This document shows, piece by piece, positions 35,231 to 46,900 of a stretch of DNA of 64,000 nt. How positions within the stretch are numbered: the stretch's first letter is position 1; each line of letters opens with the position of its first letter. This stretch comes from Balanoglossus misakiensis. Its lineage: Eukaryota > Animalia > Hemichordata. The notes under the pieces were generated by a model. The model saw only the letters and a program-made list of their open reading frames with translations, was not told where the DNA came from and ran no database searches. The position numbers and the translations under genes were made by a program. The stretch spans positions 13,331,834-13,395,833 of the forward strand of contig CM082579.2 of NCBI GenBank assembly GCA_040954595.2. Direction: 5' to 3'.

Positions 35231-37712
35231 TCAGTGTCAGGCATTCGTGGGTGTAGAAGTTCATTAATATTAGAATTGTTTACAGCAATACCAATGTCTT
35301 GACCTATGTCATAATGTGAATGACTGTCATCCTGTGGGGCAAATATGTTCATTGTGTTACTTTGTCTACAACCTTCTGCAGAGTCTTGTCTTTCCTGATG
35401 TTCTGTATTTGGAGCAATGTTGTCAAACATATCCACAGCTGTACTCTGTACTGCTTCAATTGCTTGATCTAATGCCTCAGCATTTTTATTGTATTCTTTT
35501 TGTTTAGTATCTACTTGCTGTTTGACCTGTAAATAGGGCTCGTAGTATGTATTACAACCAGCCATTAGTTGATTTTCATATCGCCAATGATAAAACAACA
35601 TTACTAACTCTCTGTAATGATTTTCTGTGTCTCTTTCTTTATGGAAACGAACATATCGGATGACTTTACTTTTTGTGCGTTTCTTGTAGATAAGGCTGCC
35701 CACACGATAAGTTGTTTGACCCTCCTCGTCCTCATTGTTGTACAAATCATCGTTGTCTTTCTTATCTAGCTCATCATCTTTTTCCTTTTCAAATTTATAC
35801 CAAGCTGCAAAATCTGCCAAGCACAAATTCTCAAGGGCCTTTGGACGACGCTCATATTTTTTCAAGATGTTGTCACTTTCTATATCAGTAGCATTTGCTG
35901 GCATATTTTGTATTTCATCCAGTGGTTTCAGTAGGATAACTCGATCATTAGGAGGTGATGTATTAACAAATATGACATCTCGTGAAGCTCTTCTTAATTT
36001 CATTTGCATTGTAAGATAGACATCTTCTTGAGCACTAACTTCAACATGATTTAAGAATTTGTTTCCTATGTGTCTGACACTTTCCCTGATGTCTTGATTT
36101 CCTTCTCTCACTTCATCTACAGCTCTAGCTAGCAAGTTACTCACTCCTCGTTGAGCTTTACTGATGTAAGATGCTATGTACATAGCACAGGCATATGGAT
36201 CTATAATAAATTGAATGTCCATATTTGCTCTCCATGCTTTCAGTAGAATTTCATTGTAATTATTGATTCTGATTTCATTTGGGGATCTCTTGAGGAAGAT
36301 TTTCTCTGATGTTAGAGATGACTGTAGTGCATTAAGGTGGCATTGCATGAAAAGTTGTGATTTTTGCCAAATTTTACTTTTTTACATAAATCGGTAGGCC
36401 TAATACTGACCCACAACCTGACTAATACGTCTTGGCGGAAATGGTGCATAATCACCCCAAAATAGCACTTTTCTGAATGAGTTCACAGCTTAACAAATAG
36501 GTGTCAACAATGCAAATAGCCGTTTTTCTCAGTTTGCATTTTCGCTGCTCTTGACAACTTCGGACTAAAATAGCTTCGCCCTGCGTTGGCCGAATTTGCT
36601 CAAATTTTGACAGGGAATTGTGTATGACCCATCCAACAAAACGCTAGTTTTGTTTGTCGGTAAAGTGTCCCTGGCGGGAATAAACTCTTATTCAATACAA
36701 CTCACCGTGAATTTGATCAAATTTTCTGAAAATCTAACTTTTAAACGCTGTTACTCCTCAATGGAAGCAGATAACGCAAAACAAAATTAGCGTTTTTTTG
36801 CACGTGTACTCGAGTTTTGAATTACATATTAAGATGCATGATGCATGGTCAACTTTTTTACCTATTTTAAATTTCATGACATAATATCAAAAAATGGGTT
36901 TTTTCACCCAAAATCGCCACCATTTCCGGGATCAATAATATTTGCAACTCAAACAAAAGTTCAAAAGCTCAGGTTCCAGAATATATATGGTTTATGGGGG
37001 TTTTAACTTTTTCTTTGATGAGAAATAGGCCTCTGAAAAAGTCTCGACGGTTTCATGCAGTGCCACCTTAATGTAGGTCTGTTCATCTAGTTGTGTTTTA
37101 TCTAAGAATTCATCAAATGAGATCTTTTCTCCACATTGTAAATCAGCAAGTACACTTTTAATATGTTTATAGTGTTCTGTAAGTCTCTGTTCTGTTGTTT
37201 CATCAATATCCATCGGTAATGGTTCCAATATCATTGTTCTTGGCATAGGTGGAAGAGGAAAGCCAAATCTACAAACAAACTGACCTTTCAGTTTACATGT
37301 TTTTGCATGTCTATGCATTTGATAATTTATCAATTCTGCAAGGTTTTCATCACTGGTTTCATTGCTGCATGTAATATACTGATCTATGAAATTGGTAATT
37401 TCATCATTATCATTTTCACCATATACTGGTGCATCTTTGATCCATACAAGCATGTGTACATGTGGTGACCCTCTTTGTTGAAATTCAACTCTGTAAAAGT
37501 AGTCCTGTATTTCACCAAGTGGATGATGTGAGCTCAGAAGAAAATCATGCATTAATTGCTGAAAGCAATGATCAAAGTGTCGAGCACAAGTAACAGGGTC
37601 TGATTTGATCAGTTCCGACTTTGTGTTCCATGACATATTTAATATATCATTGTCTGTGTACTCCTTTTCATGAACTGTCTTGCCAAGAATTTTCAGCAGA
37701 TGTATCCATTTG
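35231..37712 (-). pseudogene. Helentron HUH Rep domain (motifs 2 and 3), split by a MITE
   Basis: DPVTCARHF, EFQQRGSPHVHML, QMHRHAKTC and CRFGFP in ORF 36992..37819; INNYN, WRANMDIQ, CAMYIASYISK (catalytic Tyr motif) and EVSAQE in ORF 35104..36348. Confidence 0.93.
36336..37067. mobile_element. 732-bp non-autonomous TIR DNA transposon with TTAA target duplication (Kolobok-like)
   Basis: TTAA at 36332-36335 and 37068-37071. The 17-bp TIRs GGTGGCATTGCATGAAA and TTTCATGCAGTGCCACC differ by 1 mismatch. Excision restores the Rep frame (..QTYI-NALQSS..). RR..YY ends with TTAA fit Kolobok rather than piggyBac. Confidence 0.92.
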
Positions 37713-38450
37713 GACCGGTTCACATAATTCAGAAGCAAGATTTGTACCATGATTGTCCAAAAATTCTTCCCAGTTATCATCAGACTCATTTTGATCACAA
37801 ACATTCCAATTTGTACCAATTGTTATCTTTTCTGCTTTATACAAAGGACTGTTTTCAACTAACCACTTTGCTGCTATTAAAACTTTCTGAGGTCTAACAT
37901 TTTCAACTTGGTAGGCATGATTGTAGCTGATTTTCCTCTTGAATTTGACTGGTATTGTTTGTGATTCATTGATAGTTCTCGGTAATGTCGAAACAGTACT
38001 AGAGACATCTGCTATGACATTGACAATATTGCCTTTGAGACTAATTTGTCTACCCCGTGGCAATTCTCTTATTTGCATGAAAGGAATACGCAAGGCCACA
38101 AGTCTTTCTTCAAGTGGATGTAATTGTAACTCTGGTGGGATTACTGGAAATGACATTTTGTTTGCTACAGCACAGGGTGGCAGCTTTGAGTCTTTTAAAT
38201 ACGAGTAGCAAGTTCTACATAATGGTGACATTTCATCAGTTGTGGCATTTGCATTTACATAGGTTGATGAAAATAATGAAAATTTACTTTGGATATTATT
38301 GTAGTTTACAACACTTTCTCTGTACCACAGCTGTTCACAGCACACACATACAAATGTTGGACCATTCTGAACTGATTTATGAAAAACATCAATAAGCTCT
38401 TTAATTGATTTGGCACCACCACCATTTCTGTTAATTTTCTTAGCTCTTGC
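37713..38450 (-). pseudogene. Helentron N-terminal Zn-finger and conserved pre-Rep region
   Basis: CVCCEQLWY...CRTC, PELQLHPLEERLVALRIPF and LKGNIVNV in ORF 37668..38693 are typical of Helitron/Helentron N-termini. Confidence 0.8.
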
Positions 38451-38454
38451 ATCT

Positions 38455-39030
38455 GCTTCCCTTTCAGATTGTCTGTACACTTCATCAGACCGTCTTAATT
38501 TCATTGATTCAACATTTCTCTGTTGTTCACGTTGTCTGTACATTTCATCAGACTGTCTTAATTTCATTGATTCAACATTTCTCTGTTGTTCACGTTGTCT
38601 GTAAACTTCATCGGACCGTCTCAATTTCATTGATTGAACATTTCTCTGTTGTTCACTTTGTATGTACCCTTGATCGGACCGTCTTAATATCATTGATTGA
38701 ACATTTCTTTGTTGTTCACGTTGTCAGTACCCTTCATCGGACCGTCTTAATTTCATTGATTGAACATTTTTCTGTCGTTCCCTTTGTCTGAACACTTCAT
38801 CGGTCCGTCTTAATTTCATTGATTGAACATTTTCTGTCTTTCCCTTTGTCTGTACACTTCATCAGATCGTCTTAATTTCATGAAATCAATATTTCTCTGT
38901 TGTTCACATTTTCTGTACACTTCATCAGACCGTCTTAATTTCATTGATTCAACGTTTCTCTGTTGTTCACGTTGCCTGTACACTTCATCAGACCGTCTTA
39001 ATTTCATTGATGCTACATTTCTCTGCTGTT
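38455..39030 (-). repeat. In-frame 63-bp (21-aa) tandem repeat, about 9 copies, charged helical linker (RRSDEVYRQREQQRNVESMKL)
   Basis: The 63-bp period is visible (e.g. 38471 vs 38534). The peptide repeats in ORFs 37668..38693 and 38816..39700, with a frame disruption within the array. Confidence 0.92.
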
Positions 39031-39269
39031 CATTTTGCCTCCACCAACTATTAGATCTCTTGATTCTTTTATATGATAAGTCTCTTTGTTTTTCATTCTC
39101 CTTAAAGTCAACATTTTTTCTTTTTTCTTGCTTTCTCTTCTTGTCTCTCTCTTTTTCCCTTTCCCTATAACTTGCAAAGTCTATATTATGTGTTGTGATC
39201 ATATCATGTGTTTTGCCCGATTCATGATCAGAGTTCTCAAGTGTCTGTGTAAGATGTGTATCTGTTATC

Positions 39270-39700
39270 TCACGGAAGTCATAGTGACCACTATCAATTT
39301 GTCCTTGTTCACGGATTGCATGATATAACAGGTGTATTGTCACTGAGGAATCACCCTCTGTGAGAAATGGTTCATTGAGAATATCTAAATGAACTGCAAT
39401 CTTCACATTGTATGCTGAAGCAGCTGCAGTTATTTCAATATGGCCACCAAAAGTTGCAAAACCTGGATCAGATTTAGACATGTACTGCCTGTAGTCATCT
39501 TGATTATTTACACTAAATCTCTGATATTCAGCAATAATGAAATCTTTATATTCATCCCAATGATCACTTATATAGTTTACAGTTTGTAATCTAACAGCAT
39601 TATGATGAATCTGAGTTGCAAATAGGCCTTGACTTATAGCCCTAAATAGACAATTGCCATCACCCTCAATAACAACCTTTCTATAAGAATTTGATGACAT
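39270..39700 (-). pseudogene. OTU-family cysteine protease (deubiquitinase-like) domain at the Helentron N-terminus
   Basis: IEGDGNCLFRAIS (catalytic Asp/Cys), FGGHIEI and SGHYD (catalytic His); ATG at 39700. Confidence 0.92.
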
Positions 39701-39932
39701 TGTCTTTTATGTTGGAGATGCAACTTTCTCTTTTTATTTTTGGCCTTTGTGCTTAATTTCTTTACTCTCATTGTATTGATGTATTCAACTTGTTACAGAT
39801 GTGATAAGATTCCTTCAGATTATTCAAGTACTTACAGTATCAAAAAGATATGATCTGGAGTAAATGCTGTTGTGTTTCACTCAAGAACTCCTGTACAAAT
39901 GGTCTCTGTATTTCTCTAGGATGGATTATTAT

Positions 39933-40735
39933 ATATAATTCCCCCGTATTTCGAACGAGTGTGCCTGCGTCGCGGACGAGTGATTCCCCGTATAGCGGCC
40001 GTATCCCTCCGAGCCGCAAGCGAGGAGGGATACAGCTATACGGGGAATCACGAGTTCGCGACGCAGGTACACGAGTGAGGAATACGGGGGAATTATATGT
40101 TTATCACATACATAGATCCGCTAATTTTTATTTTCAAATAAATCTCTTTGTGGTTGCGATAAAATTTGGAACTATTTTGTGCAAAATTGAAGATCGATGT
40201 TATGCGGTCTATCTGTCAGGTGACTCAGGTCACGACCTGGACGATCTGGTTTTGGCGAGGACCCGTCTATCGCGCATCAGCTGGATTTCATCGTCCGTCA
40301 CGGTTTCACTGGAGCAGGAAACCTTTCGTATGCCTTTTGCTTTATGACTAGACCGTTTTGCTCTAATCGTCGCATCAAAATTTTTGCGAATACTCAGTTT
40401 TGTACCTGTCGCTCGTTCGACAGCGCGACGACATTGGCTCAGCACTGACGACCTCGCGACAGTTTTGGTGCGATAAAAATGTACACAGGTAAAACTAATC
40501 GTCGATCGTCCATATTTACACATACGAAACATTTTATTTATCTTTGCTTATTTTTAATATCGAAATAAAACGAACAATTGAACTGAATTTTGTCGCCCTA
40601 AGAAGACTTTGTTTACAAGTTTAAAATAGTTCCGTTTGGTGACGTCAGAGGGATGGGTATTACAATAATGCTTGGTGCAAATTTACCTACGTCTGACGTC
40701 ATACTATGGTATATGCGGAGCTATGTATGTGATAA
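39933..40735. mobile_element. ~800-bp non-autonomous element with a long terminal hairpin and asymmetric inverted repeats (possibly Crypton-like; unclassified)
   Basis: GC-rich island with an interrupted hairpin at 39933-40098 (ATATAATTCCCCCGTATT...AATACGGGGGAATTATAT, with several inner stems). A 21-bp inverted repeat at 40101-40121 pairs with 40715-40735 (1 mismatch). Confidence 0.7.
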
Positions 40736-40900
40736 TTTGATAAAACACCAAGAATAAATAAAATATATCTCTGTATGTTGTGAATATATATCTTGTGGCA
40801 GTCACACTAAGATAAAAGCAAGTACTCAAATCTTCCAATTTTCAAATATTTAATTGATTCTTATGATAGCAAGTGTGATTATTATAATAGTGAGCGTTCT

Positions 40901-41575
40901 ATGAGCCTTCTAACGGCCGAATGTGCAAATATGAGCCTTCTAATGGCCAAATGTACAAATATGAGCCTTCTAATGGCCAAATGTTCAAATATGAGCCTTC
41001 CAACGGCCGAATGTGCAAATATGAGCCTTTCAACGGCCAAATATGCAAGTATGAGCCTTCAAACAGCCAAATATGAGCCTTCTAACGGCCAAATGTTCAA
41101 ATATGAGCCTTCCAACGGCCAAATGTGCAAATATGAGCCTTTCAACGGCCAAATATGCAAGTATGAGCCTTCAAACAGCCAAATATGAGCCTTCTAACGG
41201 CCAAATGTTCAAATATGAGCCTTCTAACGGCCAAATGTGCAAATATGAGCCTTCCAACGGCCAAATGTTCAAATGTGAGCCTTCCAACGGCCAAATGTTC
41301 AAATGTGAGCCTTCCAATGGCCAAATATGCAAGTATGAGCCTTCAAACAGCCAAATATGAGCCTTCTAACGGCCAAATGTTCAAATATGAGCCTTCTAAC
41401 GGCCAAATGTGCAAATACGAGCCTTCCAACGGCCAAATGTTCAAATGTGAGCCTTCCAACGGCCAAATGTGCAAATATGAGCCTTCCAACGGCCAAATGT
41501 TCAAATGTGAGCCTTCCAATGGCCAAATATGCAAGTATGAGCCTTCAAACAGCCAAATGTGAGCCTGTTAATGAC
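40901..41575. repeat. 30-bp minisatellite ATGAGCCTTCYAACGGCCAAATGTKCAAAT with a 22-bp variant; higher-order blocks of 172/112/172/202 bp
   Basis: Read directly. The 22-bp unit ATGAGCCTTCAAACAGCCAAAT closes each block, and blocks start at 40901, 41073, 41185 and 41357. Confidence 0.96.
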
Positions 41576-41859
41576 CAAATCAATGTCTTGAGCAGTCTCA
41601 CACGACTTCGTCTTGTAGATGTAATCTGTAAAATAAATAAAAACAATGTATGGTTTGAGTGGTAGCTGTGCAAAAGTGAAAGTTAAAAAAACAGTAGAAA
41701 GTACATGCCAATGAAATGTCACCCTATCAAAAAATACTGCGAATGACAAAAGTATTGCTCCCATTTGATAACAACTTTTTTTTGAATAACTGCAACAAAT
41801 ATGAATCATGTACCCCATCCTGAACTGCATAAAAAGATAAGTCTATGGAATTCTAAAAC

Positions 41860-42795
41860 TCTTTGATCAAAAATGGCAAGAAATATACCAAAAAGTATGA
41901 ATATTTCACCAGATTTCAACAAATCTGATTTCTGTTCATGCCTAAGAACCTCTTTAACAAGTTTCAATAAGGAAGACATTTTGGCAAACAACAGGTAATT
42001 CAGACAAATCTGACTGATATCACATATATGAATTCCCATTCAAAGTTTGCAATCAATTGGACTTGTGGTTTTACTGAAGACTATTTGGCCAAACCCTGCA
42101 GAAATTCCCCAACAATACAAATATGCAAATTTCATTACAATTTGATCATATCTGACTGAGATCACCCCTAGAAACCCAAATACAAAGTATCAAAACAATT
42201 GCACTTACAGTTTCACAGGATTTGATTTTTTGACAAAAACAGGAAATATTGCCCAAAAATGCATTTTTGCAAATTTCACCACCGTTTGCACAAATGTGAT
42301 TCAGGTAAGCCCTATGAACCTCCATACCAAGTTTCCAATCAATTGGACATGTAATTTCAGAGAAGAATTTTTTTTTAACAAAACTGCAGAAAATTCCCCC
42401 AAAAAGTCATAAAAAATAGCAAACGCCAGATACTGACTCCACCTGAACAAAATCATACGAGGTCTTCCCAAAGTACTTGCACACCAATGCACGCCAATTT
42501 TTAACTGAATCTGATCCGCTGTTATTAAGTTTTTTCAATTTTGACTATTTGAAAATTTTTCCAGTTAATACCAGTATGCATTTTTCGCAATAACAATTTC
42601 TATGTACACACTCAATATCAGTAGTTTCAAGTTGTTGATGTTGATGGACATACACATACATACATCAATACATTTAGACGAAACTGATCCATTCACAAAA
42701 TACATAATTCTGTATGAGGCAAACATACAGACATACATAGACGACGGACACCAACTTATGCTATATGCTGACATTGATATACATGTTAGCCAAAA
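41860..42795. mobile_element. Degenerate HINE-like (non-autonomous Helentron) remnant with ~120-140-bp internal repeats
   Basis: Recurring AAATTTCAC..ATCTGACTGA..AAGTTT..AATCAATTGGAC-like blocks. The right end has (CATA/CAGA)n, a hairpin GCTGACAT..ATGTTAGC (42767-42790) and an A-run. The left boundary is uncertain. Confidence 0.5.
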
Positions 42796-43739
42796 ACCAA
42801 AATCAACCTCAAAATAGACATTAAAATATATTGCACCACCATGAGAAGACAAATTCATTTTTCGACAAATTTTCTGGGGCGTCATTGATATAGCATGGCA
42901 TATTGTCAAAGTACGTAGTCTCTGTGATAAGATTCCATACACACAAAATGGTAACCTTGGAAGTCCAGCTGACGTAGTTATGCAATGGCGTCTCGTGTAT
43001 TCCGTCGCCAAAAAATCATCGTAAAATTGATAGTCAGGGTCACAATTCAAGACGACTTTCTCTAAATTCTTTATGAATGGATTAAATCGAAATTGACGTA
43101 TGACGTACGGAATGAGATCTGAACAGACATTCAATGTTATCATTCTCGCTCGATCACATATTGGGTAGGCCATCTAGCAATCGCTATATAGTATTGGCAA
43201 TAACAGACTGTCTATAAACACACAAAACGGATTTTACTGTTGAGTGTGATCAACCGCCATGTTATTTTTCTCTGAACAATAGACAAATAGAAAGCCTGGT
43301 GACATTTTGAGATTGACTGCGTGAGGACCATAATATGCGTGAATCATTTACGGTTTGTCTTGATGAATGGGTCACGTCATAGTCATAACACGGATTCGGC
43401 TGCACGCCAACTATCCGCCATATTGTCTCCATTAACTTACTCGTAAGTAGTTTCAAACTTCATTTGAAAAGAGTAAAACACATACCTGACTTCGTCTGAT
43501 GGTCCTGTAGATTAACAATTTACACTCTATGAAGCAACTAAACAACGTTAGCTTCCTTGTGGATACACGTAGGGAAGTTATTCGTAACGACGGGTACAGC
43601 GTCTGAGCATGGACAGAACCACGGCAATATCGCCAGGAATGTCACATTTCACAGCGCCCTCACAGTCAATCTCTTCGATGAATCGTTTACACTGGTCATA
43701 CGTGGCGATACCGTGCATTAGAAAAATTAAAAATTTGAT

Positions 43740-43925
43740 AATTTCATTACTATCCAAGCCACACCCACCAAAACCTTTTCAGTTCTTGCCATATGATATC
43801 TGAACCTGTCTACTAAATTTGGTTGAAATCGGTTCAGCGGTTCTTGAGATATCGGGTATACAGACAGACACACACACACACAGACGTCGCTAAACTATAA
43901 GCTCACGTGATTTTCATGTGAGCTA
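43740..43925. mobile_element. Helentron/HINE-type terminus
   Basis: AAATTTGGTTGAAATCGGTTCAGCGGTTCTTGAGATA core, (CAGA)/(CA)n microsatellite, hairpin AGCTCACGTG-ATTTT-CATGTGAGCT (43900-43924), then an A-run. This is the architecture of DINE-1/HINE ends. Confidence 0.7.
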
Positions 43926-46900
43926 AAAAAAGCAGCGTAGATATTGAAGTGAATTGGATTTATGAAAATGATAAAAATTACACTTATAATGTCGTTAAAA
44001 GTTCTCACAAAAAAAAAAGAAATAGAAAAAAAGTGGTCTCGAACCAACATCAGTCGACACCTTCAGGTAAAAGGCTAGCCTTCCTGAACCTTTCGCCATC
44101 ATGATGTGTACTCGAAAAAGTCGGAAATTTTCCGCACTATATTGCATCATAACTCCAATGGACTTATTTGCACCGCAGCGGTGCGAATAAGATTTCCCTC
44201 CCCAACAACGATCTGACCATTCTTTATTTATTCCTCGGCGACAGAAAACATTTCATTACGGCCTAAATAACGACTTTTTCGCTCCTTGGTTGGTCATGCG
44301 GACGGAAAGACAGGGTTTTAGCGAGTTTATCTTTCTCTCTGCTGAGCACTCTGTTATTCAGACTTGCCCAAGTGAACCGCGACAAAAAATGGCCAAGTTT
44401 CTCTGCATGTTTGTTATACCAGACAGATAAAAAACGCAGCGTAGATATTGAAATGAATTGGATTTATGAAAATGTTAAAAATTACAATGAAAATGTCGTT
44501 AAAAGTTCTCACAAAAAAGAAATAGAAAAAGAAATTGGTCTCGAACCAACATCAGTCGACACCTTCAGGTAAAAGGCTAGCCTTCCTGAACCTTTCCCCA
44601 TCACGACGTGGACTCGAAAAAGTCGGACATTTTCCGCACTATATTGCAGCATAACTCCAATGATTTTCTTTGCACCGCAGCGGTGCAAATAAGATTTCAC
44701 TGCACCGCAGCGGTGCAAATAAAAGTTCACTGCACCGCAGCGGTGCAAATAAGAGTTCCCTGCATCGCAGCGGTGCGAATAAGAGTTCCCTGGCCCCGCA
44801 ATGATCTGACCGTTCTTTATTCACTCCTCGGCGACAAAAACGTTTTATTACGGCCTAAATAACGACTTTTTGGCTCCTTGGTTGGTCATGCGGACGGAAA
44901 GACACGGTTTTAGCGAGTTTATCTTTCTCTCTGCTGAGCACTCCGTATTCAGACTTGCCCAAGTGAACCGCGACAAAAAATGGCCAAGTTTCCCTGCATG
45001 TTACTTATACCCGACAGATGAAAAAAGCAGCGTAGATATTGAAATGAATTGGATTTATGAAAATGATAAAAATTACAATTATAATGTCGTTAAAAGTTCT
45101 CACAAAAAAAAAGAAATAGAAAAATAAAGTGGTCTCTAACCAACACCAGTCGACACCTTCGGGTAAAAGGCTAGCCTTCCTTTTTTTATCTTTTATTAAA
45201 AAGGACAGGCCCACTGGCTTGCCCTGTTAAAAATAATTTGTACATTACAAGAAGCTTGTAATTACAGTCATAGATTCATTTTAAATAATGCCATAAATCT
45301 TCAACACGTTACACTACTAATGCCAATCATTACAATATTGATAAAAAATCATACACCGAAATGAATGCATGTGTAGTCAAGTCATTCAACATAAACAATC
45401 TTTAAATTCACAATATTGCATTACAGCATTCCACCATTTATGTAAGTCCTACTCCAATCTGTCATAGAATTGTGACATACAATTTAATTACAGGAACAAT
45501 TACCAGTAAAAAAGATGGTATGTAACACCAGAGGGCGCCAGGTTCAACTGAAGGTGACAACATAGACAAAACGATTGTTTAAAAATTGAAGGTAAAGTCA
45601 AAATCTTTTACCGTTACAAGCACATTGTTTTGTGCAAAGATGCTTTCAAATAGCGCAACATCATCACTTACTTTGCACCTGTTATATTCAAAAGTGATTT
45701 TCTGTTTTAATTTGTAGTTAAAGAATATGATCAAGTCGATTTTCCGAGTACAACGCTTGTATGCTAATCTTCTACTATGAATTGTATAACGTGAAAGTGT
45801 CAATAAAATATTGATCAGCGTGTACTCGTACTTGTCATCCTTGACAGTATAACCAAATAACATCATTAGAATTCTATCTGTTGGGTTTAAATTTATTTAC
45901 ATTACAGGCACTGTTGATATACTCAAAAACAAGTTGCCACAAGGATTGAATTGTCTGGCAGCACACAAACAAATGATACACGTCTTATAAAGACGAAGAT
46001 TACTAAAAACAGCGTTGTGACAAATAAGATAATCCAGATCACCCAGGTAGTTATCCTTGAAATTTGTGTAAACAATTGGCCAAACCTTACTAAAATCAAA
46101 GTTTGGCAGGTGATAGAGCCAATACTGAACACCTGTGGGCACTGTTTTTCTCAGATGCCGAGCTATTGTAGTAATGTGTCTAACCTTAAGAGAATGGAAA
46201 GGAACACGTTGACCATGAGCATTAACAATAAAGAGAGACGAGTTTTTGTCCACTTTGTTATAATCTTTGTAATTACTCTGCAGAATATCATGCCTCTTTT
46301 GAGGAATTGAATTGAGGATAATCTGGTACTGCTTCTCAACAGTATTGCTTGTGGGAGTGTCAGGATGGGCCAATGAAACCATGTCACCAATTGCATCAAC
46401 AGGTAGGAACCCAGGAATGACTTCGTATAACAAATTCCTGATTTTGACAATGCCAGCTGAACTGAAAAGCATTACAATCGCCAGGGGGCGCCCTTCAACA
46501 CTTGTAATGAATGGGTTATGAAAAATGGGTTCATTGATAATTTCATCGTAGGAAACTGGTTGTGCACGAAAATACTTGAAAAGATGTGACCAAGACTGAA
46601 ACAATTCCTTGTAGAATGTAGAACACTGACGTAAGTTGGTAGGATAAAGTAACATTTTAAAAGTGTCAACACCACAATTGAGATCGAGATACTTACATTT
46701 TGTATTTAAGTTGTAGGTGAAAAACAGCTTGAATTTGTGAACATAATCTTTATCCAGCATTTTACACAACCACTTGAGACGAAGTGCATGCACTTTGTCT
46801 TGAATATTTGTGACTTTAAGTCACCCATATTGAATGTCGGAAGTGATGACATCATATTTCACCATGTGATGACCTTTGCTCCAGAAGAAATTACAGATGT

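Larger units (their letters stand above)
32244..39700 (-). mobile_element. Decayed Helentron (endonuclease-encoding Helitron, Helitron2/HLE2 type); upstream terminus not located
   Basis: Collinear minus-strand ORF pieces encode OTU, CxxC Zn finger, Rep, PIF1 helicase and EEP/AP endonuclease. Rep motif 2 is EFQQRGSPHVH; the Ser is characteristic of Helentrons, whereas canonical Helitrons have RGLPH. A (GACA)n plus hairpin terminus-like structure lies at 32244-32294. Confidence 0.93.

Noticed and set aside
36336-37067. piggyBac assignment based on TTAA
   Set aside because: The ends are GG..CC rather than the CC..GG typical of piggyBac, which fits Kolobok better.
40901-41665. Repetitive Cys/Met-rich ORFs (MSLLTAKC..)
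   Set aside because: They are translations of the 30-bp minisatellite, with 22-bp units breaking frame and no splice or homology support.
42565-43173. 202-aa minus-strand ORF
   Set aside because: It has no recognisable motif and runs across a HINE-like terminus and microsatellite.
39700-43900. The Helentron's second terminus (sub-terminal inverted repeat matching the 38-mer)
   Set aside because: No convincing match was found by eye. The GACTTCGTC mini-hairpins at ~41604 and ~43488 are too weak, so the upstream boundary is left open.
44026-44105. tRNA gene call in the 530-bp unit
   Set aside because: A T-loop/B-box is present, but no acceptor stem or canonical anticodon arm can be drawn.
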